Origin: Candidatus Cloacimonadales bacterium
Lineage (GTDB): Bacteria; Cloacimonadota; Cloacimonadia; Cloacimonadales; JAFGVF01
Length of the DNA: 64,000 bases
NCBI GenBank assembly: GCA_963678315.1
Contig: OY782781.1
Coordinates: forward strand, 1,984,001 to 2,048,000
Direction: 5' to 3'
The position numbers and the translations under genes were made by a program. Within the stretch, counting starts at the first letter, position 1, and each line of letters begins with the position of its first letter. Shown piece after piece: positions 51,436-60,358 of the stretch. The notes beneath the pieces were generated by a model. That model worked only from the letters and a program-made list of their open reading frames with translations, did no database searches and was not told the DNA's origin.

Positions 51436-52627
51436 AACTTACCCCACTTCCATAACAAGTATCTTCTAAGTCTGTAATCTTGTATCTAAGATATATTTTG
51501 CTCTTGATATAACTGATATCTATTCCTACTGTGTGCTGATTGTTCTCAATATCAAAATCATCATAAACAAGCATATTCTCATCAACTAGGAAGTTTGATT
51601 TGCCATAAGAAAGACTATACATCAAATTTATATAATCTGTTACTTGATAGTTTACTTTAAACTTAGCTGAAAGTTCATGCTTATCAAAGTTAGGAGTAAT
51701 ATAATCAAGATACTGATAATTAATAGAAGATGAAAGTTGGAGTTTTGAGAAGACAGGAGAATATCCTAAAGTAACTTGACTAACAGATAATGATTCCCAG
51801 TAAGAATAACTAGCTAGGAGAGATAAGATTGAGGAAAATTCTCTATGCTGAAGAGTAGATGTTATCTTAGAGGATGCTAAATAACTATCGTATAGCTTAT
51901 CGTAATCACCATCTAAATAACCAATCGCTAATTCAAAGCTAGTGTCGGCTATGTAATATGCTAAATCAATATTATAATAGTCTCGACTTATCTCATCATC
52001 ATTATATCTATTATAGTTCAATGCAATGCTTGCGTTAACAAAGTCAATAAAGTAAGCTGAATTAACTGTTTGTGTCTTTGAAGAAGCTTGATAGAATAAT
52101 TCTATATAATTATAAAGATAGTTATTCTTAAAAAACAGTTCTTCATCTAAAGGAGTAGAATCAAGGTAGTCGCTACTGATTAAATCAGTGTAAAGCATAG
52201 CATTCCTAATATCTCCTTTATAGTATTTTGACCATGCAATACCTGAATACTCAATATCTTTACTATCTGAATCCTTCAAGGCTTTATGATAATAATACAA
52301 ACTTTGAGAATAGTCCTTCTGCATAAAGAGAGCATAAGCATGTATTCTATCTAAGAGATAATTATCAATAGAGCTTGGGATGCTTGAGAAATGATTAATA
52401 ATTTCACTAAACTTCTGTTGTGCAGATAAAGAACTTAATAGCCCTATCCAACAAGCTTCATTATATGAATCTTCATTTAACAATGTTTTAAACTGTGCCT
52501 GAGAAAGTTGATATAATCCCATATTATAGTTTCTTTGTGCTTCATCCAATGTTAATGAAAAGATAAGGCTATATGACAACAGAAATAGTAGTAATACAAT
52601 CCTCTGCTTACTTAAATTTACTTTCAT
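51425..52627 (-). CDS. TPR protein with probable C-terminal outer-membrane beta-barrel
   Basis: Signal peptide; N-terminal TPR-like helices; C-half of alternating aromatic strands ending GSGVSYAF (terminal Phe beta-signal). Confidence 0.6.
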   Translation of the reverse strand: MKVNLSKQRIVLLLFLLSYSLIFSLTLDEAQRNYNMGLYQLSQAQFKTLLNEDSYNEACWIGLLSSLSAQQKFSEIINHFSSIPSSIDNYLLDRIHAYALFMQKDYSQSLYYYHKALKDSDSKDIEYSGIAWSKYYKGDIRNAMLYTDLISSDYLDSTPLDEELFFKNNYLYNYIELFYQASSKTQTVNSAYFIDFVNASIALNYNRYNDDEISRDYYNIDLAYYIADTSFELAIGYLDGDYDKLYDSYLASSKITSTLQHREFSSILSLLASYSYWESLSVSQVTLGYSPVFSKLQLSSSINYQYLDYITPNFDKHELSAKFKVNYQVTDYINLMYSLSYGKSNFLVDENMLVYDDFDIENNQHTVGIDISYIKSKIYLRYKITDLEDTCYGSGVSYAF

Positions 52628-53213
52628 AGGTTTTTACAAATTGATTATCAGGACTTAACTTTCTTAGTTTAGTAAAAATCTTCTTAGCGTCACTTAACTG
52701 ATTAGACTCAACTAAAGCACTAAGATAATATCCCATAGCGTCTAAGTTATAAGTATAAATCTCGTAGCCAGTTCCATAGTATTTAGCAGATTCAGCATAA
52801 TTGCCTTTAGCATAGTAAGAATATGCAATCTTACTAATAGCAAGATAATCTTTAGGGATTACTAATAGAACCTTGTTAGCTGTTTTAATAGTGTTATCCC
52901 AATCACCTAGATAGTAATAACTTGTTAATAATCCTTGTAAAGCATCAAAATTACTGTCTATCTCATAGCTCTTAGCGTAATAAGTTGTTGCATCTTGATA
53001 ATTACCTAATGAAATGTATAACCAACCTATTCTAAGGTTGAAGAATGCATTGTTTGGCTCTAAATGGCTTGCTGCTAACATATTTGTAAGTGCAACTTGG
53101 TAATTACCATTATATTCGTTTGTATAAGATGACCTGACATAATCATCAGTTTTACTTGCAAATACTATTGTCGAAATCATTAGAACTATTATTAGTAAAG
53201 TAATCTTTTTCAT
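52608..53213 (-). CDS. Exported tetratricopeptide repeat protein
   Basis: Signal peptide; TPR motifs LRIGWLYISLGNYQDA, YYLGDWDN, AYSYYAKGNYAESA. Confidence 0.8.
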   Translation of the reverse strand: MKKITLLIIVLMISTIVFASKTDDYVRSSYTNEYNGNYQVALTNMLAASHLEPNNAFFNLRIGWLYISLGNYQDATTYYAKSYEIDSNFDALQGLLTSYYYLGDWDNTIKTANKVLLVIPKDYLAISKIAYSYYAKGNYAESAKYYGTGYEIYTYNLDAMGYYLSALVESNQLSDAKKIFTKLRKLSPDNQFVKTYESKFK

Positions 53214-53218
53214 ATATT

Positions 53219-55366
53219 TTAATCCATCCTTAAATTAGCTTTGATAACTGTTTTATTATCTTTGTTTAATATCTCAATATCTGTAAAACCTGTCAATTCT
53301 TTTAAAGTTATCTTGCCTGAGTAACTTGAGATTGACTTGTTTAGAACACTGAAATTATTCTTAAATGAAGTTGTTACATTGTCCTTTGTTGGGGTTGATT
53401 TAGCTTTGTATTCAAGCTTTGAAAACTTGAATATTGACTGTAGAAATAGTAGAGTGCTCTCAAGAGTCGGGTTAGCAAGAATTGAATAAGGGGGATAATC
53501 ATTCCAGTTCAACTCTTCATCCTTATATAGTGGTAATCTACAAAGAGATAAGGCTAATCCATGGAGAGCAGATTTCTTGTTACCTGTGAAGTTTAGTACA
53601 TTAAATATGCCATCATAAACAGAAAACTCTAAAGAAGCATTTCTATCAGACTTTATAAAGAATGAACCATAAAGATTAACATCAACCTTCCATTTCTCAG
53701 TAAACTTCTTTCCGTAAGCTTCTACTTCATAAACAGCTTCATCATCTACTTTAAGGTGCAGTACATCTTGTAAGTAGTTAACAGGGAAAAGGGGAGATAC
53801 TATATCATCCTTTTTAGGTATGTCATAAGCTTTAAACATATAGTCATCAGCCTTTTTCTTAAAGTTAATTAAGAAAGACTTCACGGTAACACTACCAGGC
53901 TCTGCTCCATACTGAATATTAAAATGCAAATGTGGAACTGCTGACCTACCAGAATTACCGACTACACCAAGTTTAGCACCTTTAGCAACCCATTCACCAT
54001 TCTTAAATTTAAGACTACCCTTTTTTAAGTGACAATACATTGAGTAAAGTCCATAGCCATGATTCAAGACAATGAAGTTACCCCAGCGTTCTCTTGTATT
54101 AATCTGTCCAACAGGGTTATCTGCAATCCCATCAGCAAGATTTACAACCCAACCACCAGCTGAACTGAGAACAGGTTTATTGTAGCAGAAGTAATCTGTA
54201 ACTACTTTACCATCGTTCTTAGCTTGATAGCCTTCTTTATCCTTGATCTCGAAATCCCATGCATAAGCCCATTGCTCTTTATGTGTTATTTCTCCATGGT
54301 TACCTTGAGTGATGGTCCATTCCCCAGTAAATGGTAAATAGAATTGTGGACCTCCTCCATCATAGAATCGTTTAATTCTAGAAAAATAGAATTTTAAATT
54401 CTCTTCTGGAAGCATAACACCAAAGTCAGCTATGTAAGGGTTTTTGTTTTGTAGTCTCATTCTTAATGCGATAATAATGAAGATAACTGTTAGATTCATT
54501 GGGAAAGCATAAGGTGCTACATAATAATTCTCGAACAAGAATTGCATAGCGTAAGAGGTAATAAAGCCTAAGAAACAAGCAAATATAGCTATTAAATACG
54601 ACCTCAAAGATGGGATTAAAAATACACCACCAATACTCATAGCAATAAGCATTAAGTTGAATGACGTGTATGATATTTGATATAATCCGATATCCTGAAA
54701 GTCTGTAAGGTTAAATCTATTTACAAGGAAGTAGCTCAAATAAAAGCCCATCATGGTTAGAATAAAACCTATTCTAGAGGTAAGAATAAGTGCAATAAGA
54801 ACCAGTATTCCAGCTAATATATAGGGCTGGAAGAATATACTACCTAAACTTTTCAGGTAGAAGTTTATCATATTGCTAGATGTAGGCATTATATTAATAA
54901 TCGCCTCACGTTCTTGACTAACCAAGAACTGTCCAACTCTCATCATAAAGAAGGAAAGGAGGATTGCAACAACCGAGAAGGATAAACTCATCGAGGGCAT
55001 TCTTAGATAAGTCGTTGTAAGATAGTTTAAAGCAATGAATAGTAAGAGTGCTATCAAGGAACCACTAACTAAAGCAAGCCAATATTCCAAGCTTCCTATT
55101 AGCTGATTAGGCATATAGAAACCTACCCCTAAACTTACCAGCATGCTATTAAATGCTAGTAATCCTGATTTAGAATTCCAGTCTTCAAAGTTTAACAATC
55201 TTGCAACAACTAATGCTATTATTGTTCCTAAAATACCAGTTATACCAGTTCTAGGTTCAACAAGAGTACTTAATAGAATCAATAACCCTACTATATATTT
55301 ATCGCTAAATAAAATAGTAGAGTATGTATTGATTATAGATTTACTTAGGTTAAGTATTATATTCAT
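53219..55366 (-). CDS. Urea-transporter-family membrane domain fused to an M23 metallopeptidase domain
   Basis: N-terminal polytopic domain with duplicated UT-like motifs (STILF/GSIFF; GLLAFNSML/TSFNLML; SLSF/AFPM); C-terminal M23 motifs TH..WAYAWD, YCHL, GNSGRSAVPHLHF. Confidence 0.82.
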   Translation of the reverse strand: MNIILNLSKSIINTYSTILFSDKYIVGLLILLSTLVEPRTGITGILGTIIALVVARLLNFEDWNSKSGLLAFNSMLVSLGVGFYMPNQLIGSLEYWLALVSGSLIALLLFIALNYLTTTYLRMPSMSLSFSVVAILLSFFMMRVGQFLVSQEREAIINIMPTSSNMINFYLKSLGSIFFQPYILAGILVLIALILTSRIGFILTMMGFYLSYFLVNRFNLTDFQDIGLYQISYTSFNLMLIAMSIGGVFLIPSLRSYLIAIFACFLGFITSYAMQFLFENYYVAPYAFPMNLTVIFIIIALRMRLQNKNPYIADFGVMLPEENLKFYFSRIKRFYDGGGPQFYLPFTGEWTITQGNHGEITHKEQWAYAWDFEIKDKEGYQAKNDGKVVTDYFCYNKPVLSSAGGWVVNLADGIADNPVGQINTRERWGNFIVLNHGYGLYSMYCHLKKGSLKFKNGEWVAKGAKLGVVGNSGRSAVPHLHFNIQYGAEPGSVTVKSFLINFKKKADDYMFKAYDIPKKDDIVSPLFPVNYLQDVLHLKVDDEAVYEVEAYGKKFTEKWKVDVNLYGSFFIKSDRNASLEFSVYDGIFNVLNFTGNKKSALHGLALSLCRLPLYKDEELNWNDYPPYSILANPTLESTLLFLQSIFKFSKLEYKAKSTPTKDNVTTSFKNNFSVLNKSISSYSGKITLKELTGFTDIEILNKDNKTVIKANLRMD

Positions 55367-55375
55367 AATTATTAA

Positions 55376-56728
55376 TTATAATGATCTTAAATATTCAGGT
55401 ATTTTCTCTTGTCTGTTGATATCTTCTAAAACTTCTTTGCTTCTGATTTCATAAGTTTCACCTGTTTCTGAAACAAGAACTACAGCAGGTCTGTACTCAA
55501 TAAACTGCATCCATTGGGTCACATTGTAAGCACCTACTGGATGTACAATAAGTTTATCACCAACTTTTAAATCAGGATAAGGTGTAGCATGTTTAACTAT
55601 GTCGATATTCATACATAGAGGACCATAGAAGACAGTTGATAGAGAGGTTCCTGAAGTTGGTTGTGCAGGAAGAACTTTAAGATTATACCACCAAGTAGTA
55701 AATAAGATATTTACACCTGCGTCAATAATTACAGCTCTTTGACCAGAAGCTAAGTCTTTTTTAGCTAATACAGAGGTAATAAGAGTTCCTGATTCGTCAA
55801 CCAGTGTTCTACCTGTTTCTAGAATCAGTTTTGGTTTTTCATCGATAGCAAACTTTGATTCATTAAATGCTTTTCCTATTGCTGAAGCGTATTGGTCATA
55901 AGAAGGTGAAGCAAATTCCCCTGGTGTATACTGATTATGAAGAGTGTTCTTAGAAGCGAATCCACCACCTAAATCAATGTATTCAACTGTAATACCTAGA
56001 TTATCTTTGATATTTTGAGCTAATGTTAAGAGCTTTGAAGCTGAAATATAGTAAGGGTTTGCATCAAGCATAAATGTTCCGATATGAGCATGAAGACCTA
56101 TTAGTTCGAGTTTATCTGCAGTAATTAATCTTTGAACAGTTCTGTAAGCTTCGCCATTATCATAGTTGAATCCAAATCTTTGCCATTGAGGATATATTCC
56201 TGTGTCCATGTTGATTCTAATTGCAACTTTAGGTTTTATGCCTAGTTCTTCTGCAACTTCTTCAAGTAAAAGAAGCTCATTGAAATGGTCTATATGCACA
56301 GTTACATCATCTTCTAGAACTGTTATTAAATCTTCCTTTCTTTTTCCAGGACCATTAAATATAATATCTTTGCCTTCAACACCTAAATGTTTTGCCATAT
56401 CATATTCCATGATACTAACTATCTCTGCTTTTGCTCCCTCTTGATGGAATATTGAGCAGATTGCGCCCAAATAGTTAGTTTTGTATGACCACGATACTTC
56501 TGAATTAGGATAATATTCTCTTATAATGGACTGAAGCTCTCTGTAACTATCACGCATTTTATTCTCTGAAAAGACAAAGAGTGGAGAACCATATTTCTTA
56601 ACTAATTCAGTAACTTCTATACCGTTAACATGTGTCTGGTAGTTAATTCTATTTTTACTATATGCTATTTTATTGCTTATGCCTGCTTGATTTCTTTGTA
56701 TTCTAGGTGGATTATATTTCTTTTTCAT
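55376..56728 (-). CDS. PLP-dependent fold-III (Orn/DAP/Arg family) decarboxylase with N-terminal extension
   Basis: YGSPLFVF, SYKTN (PLP lysine), IFNGPGK, HAHIGT, DLGGGF, ETGR, GPLCMNID, VGAY. Substrate unknown; not called lysA. Confidence 0.88.
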   Translation of the reverse strand: MKKKYNPPRIQRNQAGISNKIAYSKNRINYQTHVNGIEVTELVKKYGSPLFVFSENKMRDSYRELQSIIREYYPNSEVSWSYKTNYLGAICSIFHQEGAKAEIVSIMEYDMAKHLGVEGKDIIFNGPGKRKEDLITVLEDDVTVHIDHFNELLLLEEVAEELGIKPKVAIRINMDTGIYPQWQRFGFNYDNGEAYRTVQRLITADKLELIGLHAHIGTFMLDANPYYISASKLLTLAQNIKDNLGITVEYIDLGGGFASKNTLHNQYTPGEFASPSYDQYASAIGKAFNESKFAIDEKPKLILETGRTLVDESGTLITSVLAKKDLASGQRAVIIDAGVNILFTTWWYNLKVLPAQPTSGTSLSTVFYGPLCMNIDIVKHATPYPDLKVGDKLIVHPVGAYNVTQWMQFIEYRPAVVLVSETGETYEIRSKEVLEDINRQEKIPEYLRSL

Positions 56729-57803
56729 TTTTTACTCCTTTAATTAATTCTCCCATTGATGATAATTGTCCCATTACATCGATGCTGGAAATAATATCTT
56801 CTGCGTGTCTAATGAATATAGTTCCTGTTTTGAACTCTTTCATTGGATCTACATGTTCATTTAAGGCTAATTTAAAGACCATGGCTGGTAGATTCTGTCC
56901 AGCACCTTCTGCTAGTTTTATCCATGCTGGGAATCTTGGATTTATCTCAATCAAATAGAAGTTATCTTGGTGGTCTTTAATTAATTCAAGTTCACATGGA
57001 CCTCTCCATGATATTGCCTTAATAACATCTTCTGCAAATTTGTTCAATAATGGATTGTTTACAACAACGCCACCAAATCCTTTACCTTTATCAGTGATGA
57101 TTAGTTTTCTTTGTGGAATCATTCCAAGAATGTTACCTTGACCATCACCAACTAATGATATATTGAATTCATCCCCAATTACAGCTTCTTGTGCTAGTAC
57201 TGGAAGCCCCCATTTGTTCTTTATAAGATTGAAGTAATATAGTACATCATTAATGTTGTTAGCCTTATAAGCTTCATAGAAGTTACCTTTTATATACATA
57301 GGAAAATTCATCTTATATTCAAGGCTGTATACTTGAGCTATATCAGTGACATATTCAGTGTGGGGAACATTAATTCCCTTGTCTGGTAGAATTCTAAATA
57401 TTTTAGACTTGTCACGCATTAAGAGTTGTTCTTCAGAAGGAAGGTAAACTTTAATTCCTCTCTTGTTCAATTCTTTCTCAAGTCTAATATAGCCAATGAT
57501 TTCAGAATCTAAAGTTGGAATAAGAACATCAATCTTAGTTTTAGTAAGTATGTAATCTAGCCTGGATAATATTGCGTCTTTACCGTCAGCTGGGTAAGGC
57601 ATCTGATAAATTTCTTGAGCTAAATCATCAACATAAACACCAGACTCAAGATTGTCATAGATTAAACCAACAATCTTCCCTTTAAAACCAGCATTTCTAA
57701 TAGATCTGATTATAGGAACACCTGGTTGAGGATTATCGCCAGTCTTAAGACCTGTCACTGCTAAAACTAAATCTTCATGAGATAATTTAATACACATTTC
57801 CAC
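56712..57803 (-). CDS. ATP-grasp ligase (CarB-like stand-alone)
   Basis: LIPTLDSE, RDK, FPMYIKG, QEAVIGDE, C-terminal 'YLIEINPRFPAW'. Confidence 0.85.
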   Translation of the reverse strand: MEMCIKLSHEDLVLAVTGLKTGDNPQPGVPIIRSIRNAGFKGKIVGLIYDNLESGVYVDDLAQEIYQMPYPADGKDAILSRLDYILTKTKIDVLIPTLDSEIIGYIRLEKELNKRGIKVYLPSEEQLLMRDKSKIFRILPDKGINVPHTEYVTDIAQVYSLEYKMNFPMYIKGNFYEAYKANNINDVLYYFNLIKNKWGLPVLAQEAVIGDEFNISLVGDGQGNILGMIPQRKLIITDKGKGFGGVVVNNPLLNKFAEDVIKAISWRGPCELELIKDHQDNFYLIEINPRFPAWIKLAEGAGQNLPAMVFKLALNEHVDPMKEFKTGTIFIRHAEDIISSIDVMGQLSSMGELIKGVKNEKEI

Positions 57804-58047
57804 TATCCACTAAATTATAGTTTTCTAATACTCTAAAAAAGTATTCAACATCACTAACCGCTTCATCGTAGTTAGTCTCATATTCTGAAACTAAATACTG
57901 AGCTATTTCTTCAATATCTTTGCCAGCAATCAAGTTTTCTAATATGCAAATTGCTGTGTCGTTAGCATTATAACTATAACCGGTAGCAGGATCAAAAATA
58001 AATCCGTTTTGGTTTATAGCCAAAGAGTCTAGTTTATTAGTTCTCAT
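57787..58047 (-). CDS. PqqD-family / RiPP recognition element (RRE) protein
   Basis: 86 aa; beta3-alpha3 pattern 'GFIFDPATGYSYNANDTAICILENL..GK..EEIAQYL..EYE...EAVSDV..F...L..YNL'; AGAGGT RBS. Confidence 0.82.
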   Translation of the reverse strand: MRTNKLDSLAINQNGFIFDPATGYSYNANDTAICILENLIAGKDIEEIAQYLVSEYETNYDEAVSDVEYFFRVLENYNLVDSGNVY

Positions 58048-58083
58048 AAATACCTCTGCATTAATTTATTTGAAAATAGATAA

Positions 58084-58101
58084 TGCAGTTTGTATTCCAA
58101 A
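58084..58101 (-). promoter_or_regulatory. Candidate sigma54 (-24/-12) promoter of the PqqD/ATP-grasp operon
   Basis: Minus strand ttTGG-AATACAAACT-GCa, exact GG-N10-GC; implied start near 58073, just upstream of the RBS. Confidence 0.55.
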
Positions 58102-58146
58102 GATATTGAAAATACATTTAAAGTAGAAAAATATGCTACATAAAAA

Positions 58147-59589
58147 TTACAGTTTTAATTTTTGTCCCGGATAAATGAACACTACTCCATTGGATTTCTT
58201 TTTGAGCTTGTTTACCTGAATAAGTCTAGATACCTTTATATTAAGCTTTTTTGATATAGAACTTAAGGAATCTCCTTTTTTTACTACGTATTCTTTGTTA
58301 CTGGAATAAGTAACATTACCGTATAGCTTTAGTTTTTGACCAGGTTTTATCATATTGCTCTTGAGTCCATTTAACTCCATTACTTTGTTTACTGTAGTAT
58401 GATATTTTCTTGCAATATCATAAAGGTTGTCTCCTTTTTTTACAATATGATGAGTGAAGTATCCAGCATTCTTGTTAAGAAAAGACTTTTCTATCTTCGC
58501 TACTAGTAAACTGTCTGATATAGAATTATGAGGTATAAGGATGTTGAAGTGTCCTTCTGGTAAAACCACATCGTTAACAGCAGAATATTTCTGTCGTGCT
58601 CTTCTATAAATTTTAATCCATGGGTTAAGTTCATATACTTTCCCGATGGAAGTTCCTTGAGCTTTTGCCCAAGAATCTATTTTATAGTGACCATTAAGTT
58701 GTAAATTTATTACTTTTGTAGTTGATAGGAGTGACGGATCCTTCTCGAACTGTTTAGAGAAGATCTTTTCTTCATTATCAAAGATATATTTTATAGCAAT
58801 TGCTTTCCAAACATATTCATTTGTTTCTTCTGTCTTAAATATTAGATCTTCGAATCTTGTTCCACCTTGAGCAGTGAGAACTTTGTTTACAGAACCCATA
58901 CCTGCATTATAAGCACAAAAGGATAATAACCAATCTGTTGAACCTTTTCTTTTGAAGTATCTATACATATCATTAAGGAAATCACAAGCAGCTTGTGTTG
59001 ATTTGTAAATATCTCTTCGCTCGTCAATAAAGTCATTAACCTTAAGTTTATATTCACGTGCAGTAGCAGGCATTATCTGCCAAATACCATCAGCTCCGGC
59101 ATGAGAATGAGCACTATAGGTTAACTTGCTTTCTGCAACAGCTAAATATTTAGCATCCAATGGAATATTGTTCTTAGTAAATAGTGAATCCATAATTGAA
59201 AAATATAAACCAGACTTAGGAATAAATCTCGCTGCCGATCTAAGCTCATTCTTATAAGCTTTTTTGAATCTTACTAAGTTGCGTTCATTGGTTAAATCAA
59301 TTTCTTGGTCTGCAAAATATACCTTTGTTGGGAATCCGACATCACTCACTACAATATTATCTTTCAATTTGCTGATTTCGAATGCCAGTGAATCTATTAG
59401 GTCTTCTTTAACTTCTAATTCTGTGTAAAGGGAATCAATAGTATGCTTATAGCTTAATTCAATTTGTTCTAATGATTTTTCGTCTTTCTGGATCTGGCTT
59501 TCCTCAGAATGTTTTATCTGCTTGTTGATGTTAGAACAAGCGATTACGGACATAAATAATAATATAATAAACAATTTAATGATTTTCAC
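58147..59589 (-). CDS. MltD-like lytic transglycosylase lipoprotein with two LysM domains
   Basis: Lipobox VIA-C; SLT motifs AVAES, GIWQIMPATA, AYNAG, ET..YV; LysM HIVKKGDNLYDIARKY and YVVKKGDSLSSIS. Confidence 0.9.
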   Translation of the reverse strand: MKIIKLFIILLFMSVIACSNINKQIKHSEESQIQKDEKSLEQIELSYKHTIDSLYTELEVKEDLIDSLAFEISKLKDNIVVSDVGFPTKVYFADQEIDLTNERNLVRFKKAYKNELRSAARFIPKSGLYFSIMDSLFTKNNIPLDAKYLAVAESKLTYSAHSHAGADGIWQIMPATAREYKLKVNDFIDERRDIYKSTQAACDFLNDMYRYFKRKGSTDWLLSFCAYNAGMGSVNKVLTAQGGTRFEDLIFKTEETNEYVWKAIAIKYIFDNEEKIFSKQFEKDPSLLSTTKVINLQLNGHYKIDSWAKAQGTSIGKVYELNPWIKIYRRARQKYSAVNDVVLPEGHFNILIPHNSISDSLLVAKIEKSFLNKNAGYFTHHIVKKGDNLYDIARKYHTTVNKVMELNGLKSNMIKPGQKLKLYGNVTYSSNKEYVVKKGDSLSSISKKLNIKVSRLIQVNKLKKKSNGVVFIYPGQKLKL

Positions 59590-59771
59590 ATTTCCTCACA
59601 TTTAATAATTTAGACTAGTGTACAATGATAATTCATAAATATTTTAGTTTATAAATAAGTAAATATATTTTTTTGAAGCAGCTTGTAGGAAGGTTAATAA
59701 TTGTAATTTCATTAAATTTCTCTGAACAGGACTAATACCAAAGCTAGGTAAAACTTTACTGCTAGAAGGAA

Positions 59772-59947
59772 GGAACGCGGACACTCCGAATTTGATGAAA
59801 CTTGTTGAGTCAAATGAAGGTTGGTCCGCTTTAAAAGGTCTTTCCTCGATGGAAAGAGCTTTTAATAAATCATATACTCTTTGTTTTATTCTTACCTTTC
59901 AAACATCGAATTTGAAAGCTAAGAAGCGGATCAAGTATCCACGTTCC
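59772..59947. ncRNA. Multibranched palindromic element (candidate structured ncRNA or MITE)
   Basis: Closing stem ggaacgcggacact/agtatccacgttcc; inner stems atttga/tcaaat, ttggtccgctt/aagcggatcaa, ttaaaag.tctttcc/ggaaaga.cttttaa, ctttcaaa/tttgaaag. Confidence 0.45.
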
Positions 59948-59973
59948 GTCAACTGTAGCTTTAGCTAACAGCT

Positions 59974-60325
59974 ACCCATGATTGAAATCATGGGCTTTGG
60001 ATAATTTACCCCGTTGGGGTATTATGAACAAACTGGGACCGTGTGAAACTCAGACTTATAGCTACAATCCTAAATCCATTGATACCCTGTATGGGTTAAT
60101 CAACAAAGAGCCCTGGGTTTTAACCCTGGGTGATCATAGAAGTGTTTGAGACGTTATGCCTAACGTCTCTTCTAATTCACTTATAACGATGTTCTAAGTG
60201 AAGCCAGCACGGAGGCTGGGAATCCCATTACTAGGCCAAACTCTAACTCCTCACTCCTCACCTCTAACTCCTGTCTTACTAGCCTCATTGAAAAATCGGC
60301 TTTTTTTCAAGGAGACCAGTAAGGA
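59974..60325 (-). repeat. Modular hairpin mosaic repeat, copy 4 (inverted: A, heptamer, B, D, C)
   Basis: Reverse complements of C 59974-60021, D 60083-60131, B 60174-60227, heptamers 60239-60272, A 60274-60325. Confidence 0.85.
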
Positions 60326-60358
60326 AGAGGTGAGGATCTATATTTTTTTACAAAAATA

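Noticed and set aside
55376..56728. Calling the decarboxylase lysA, or the PqqD gene part of PQQ synthesis
   Set aside because: Family motifs are present but the context and N-terminal extension are atypical for LysA, and no pqqA/B/C/E genes are in the window.
58048..58146. Stand-alone RiPP precursor ORF next to the PqqD gene
   Set aside because: No credible small ORF with an RBS in this gap, which holds the promoter and RBS. A precursor elsewhere in the genome cannot be excluded.
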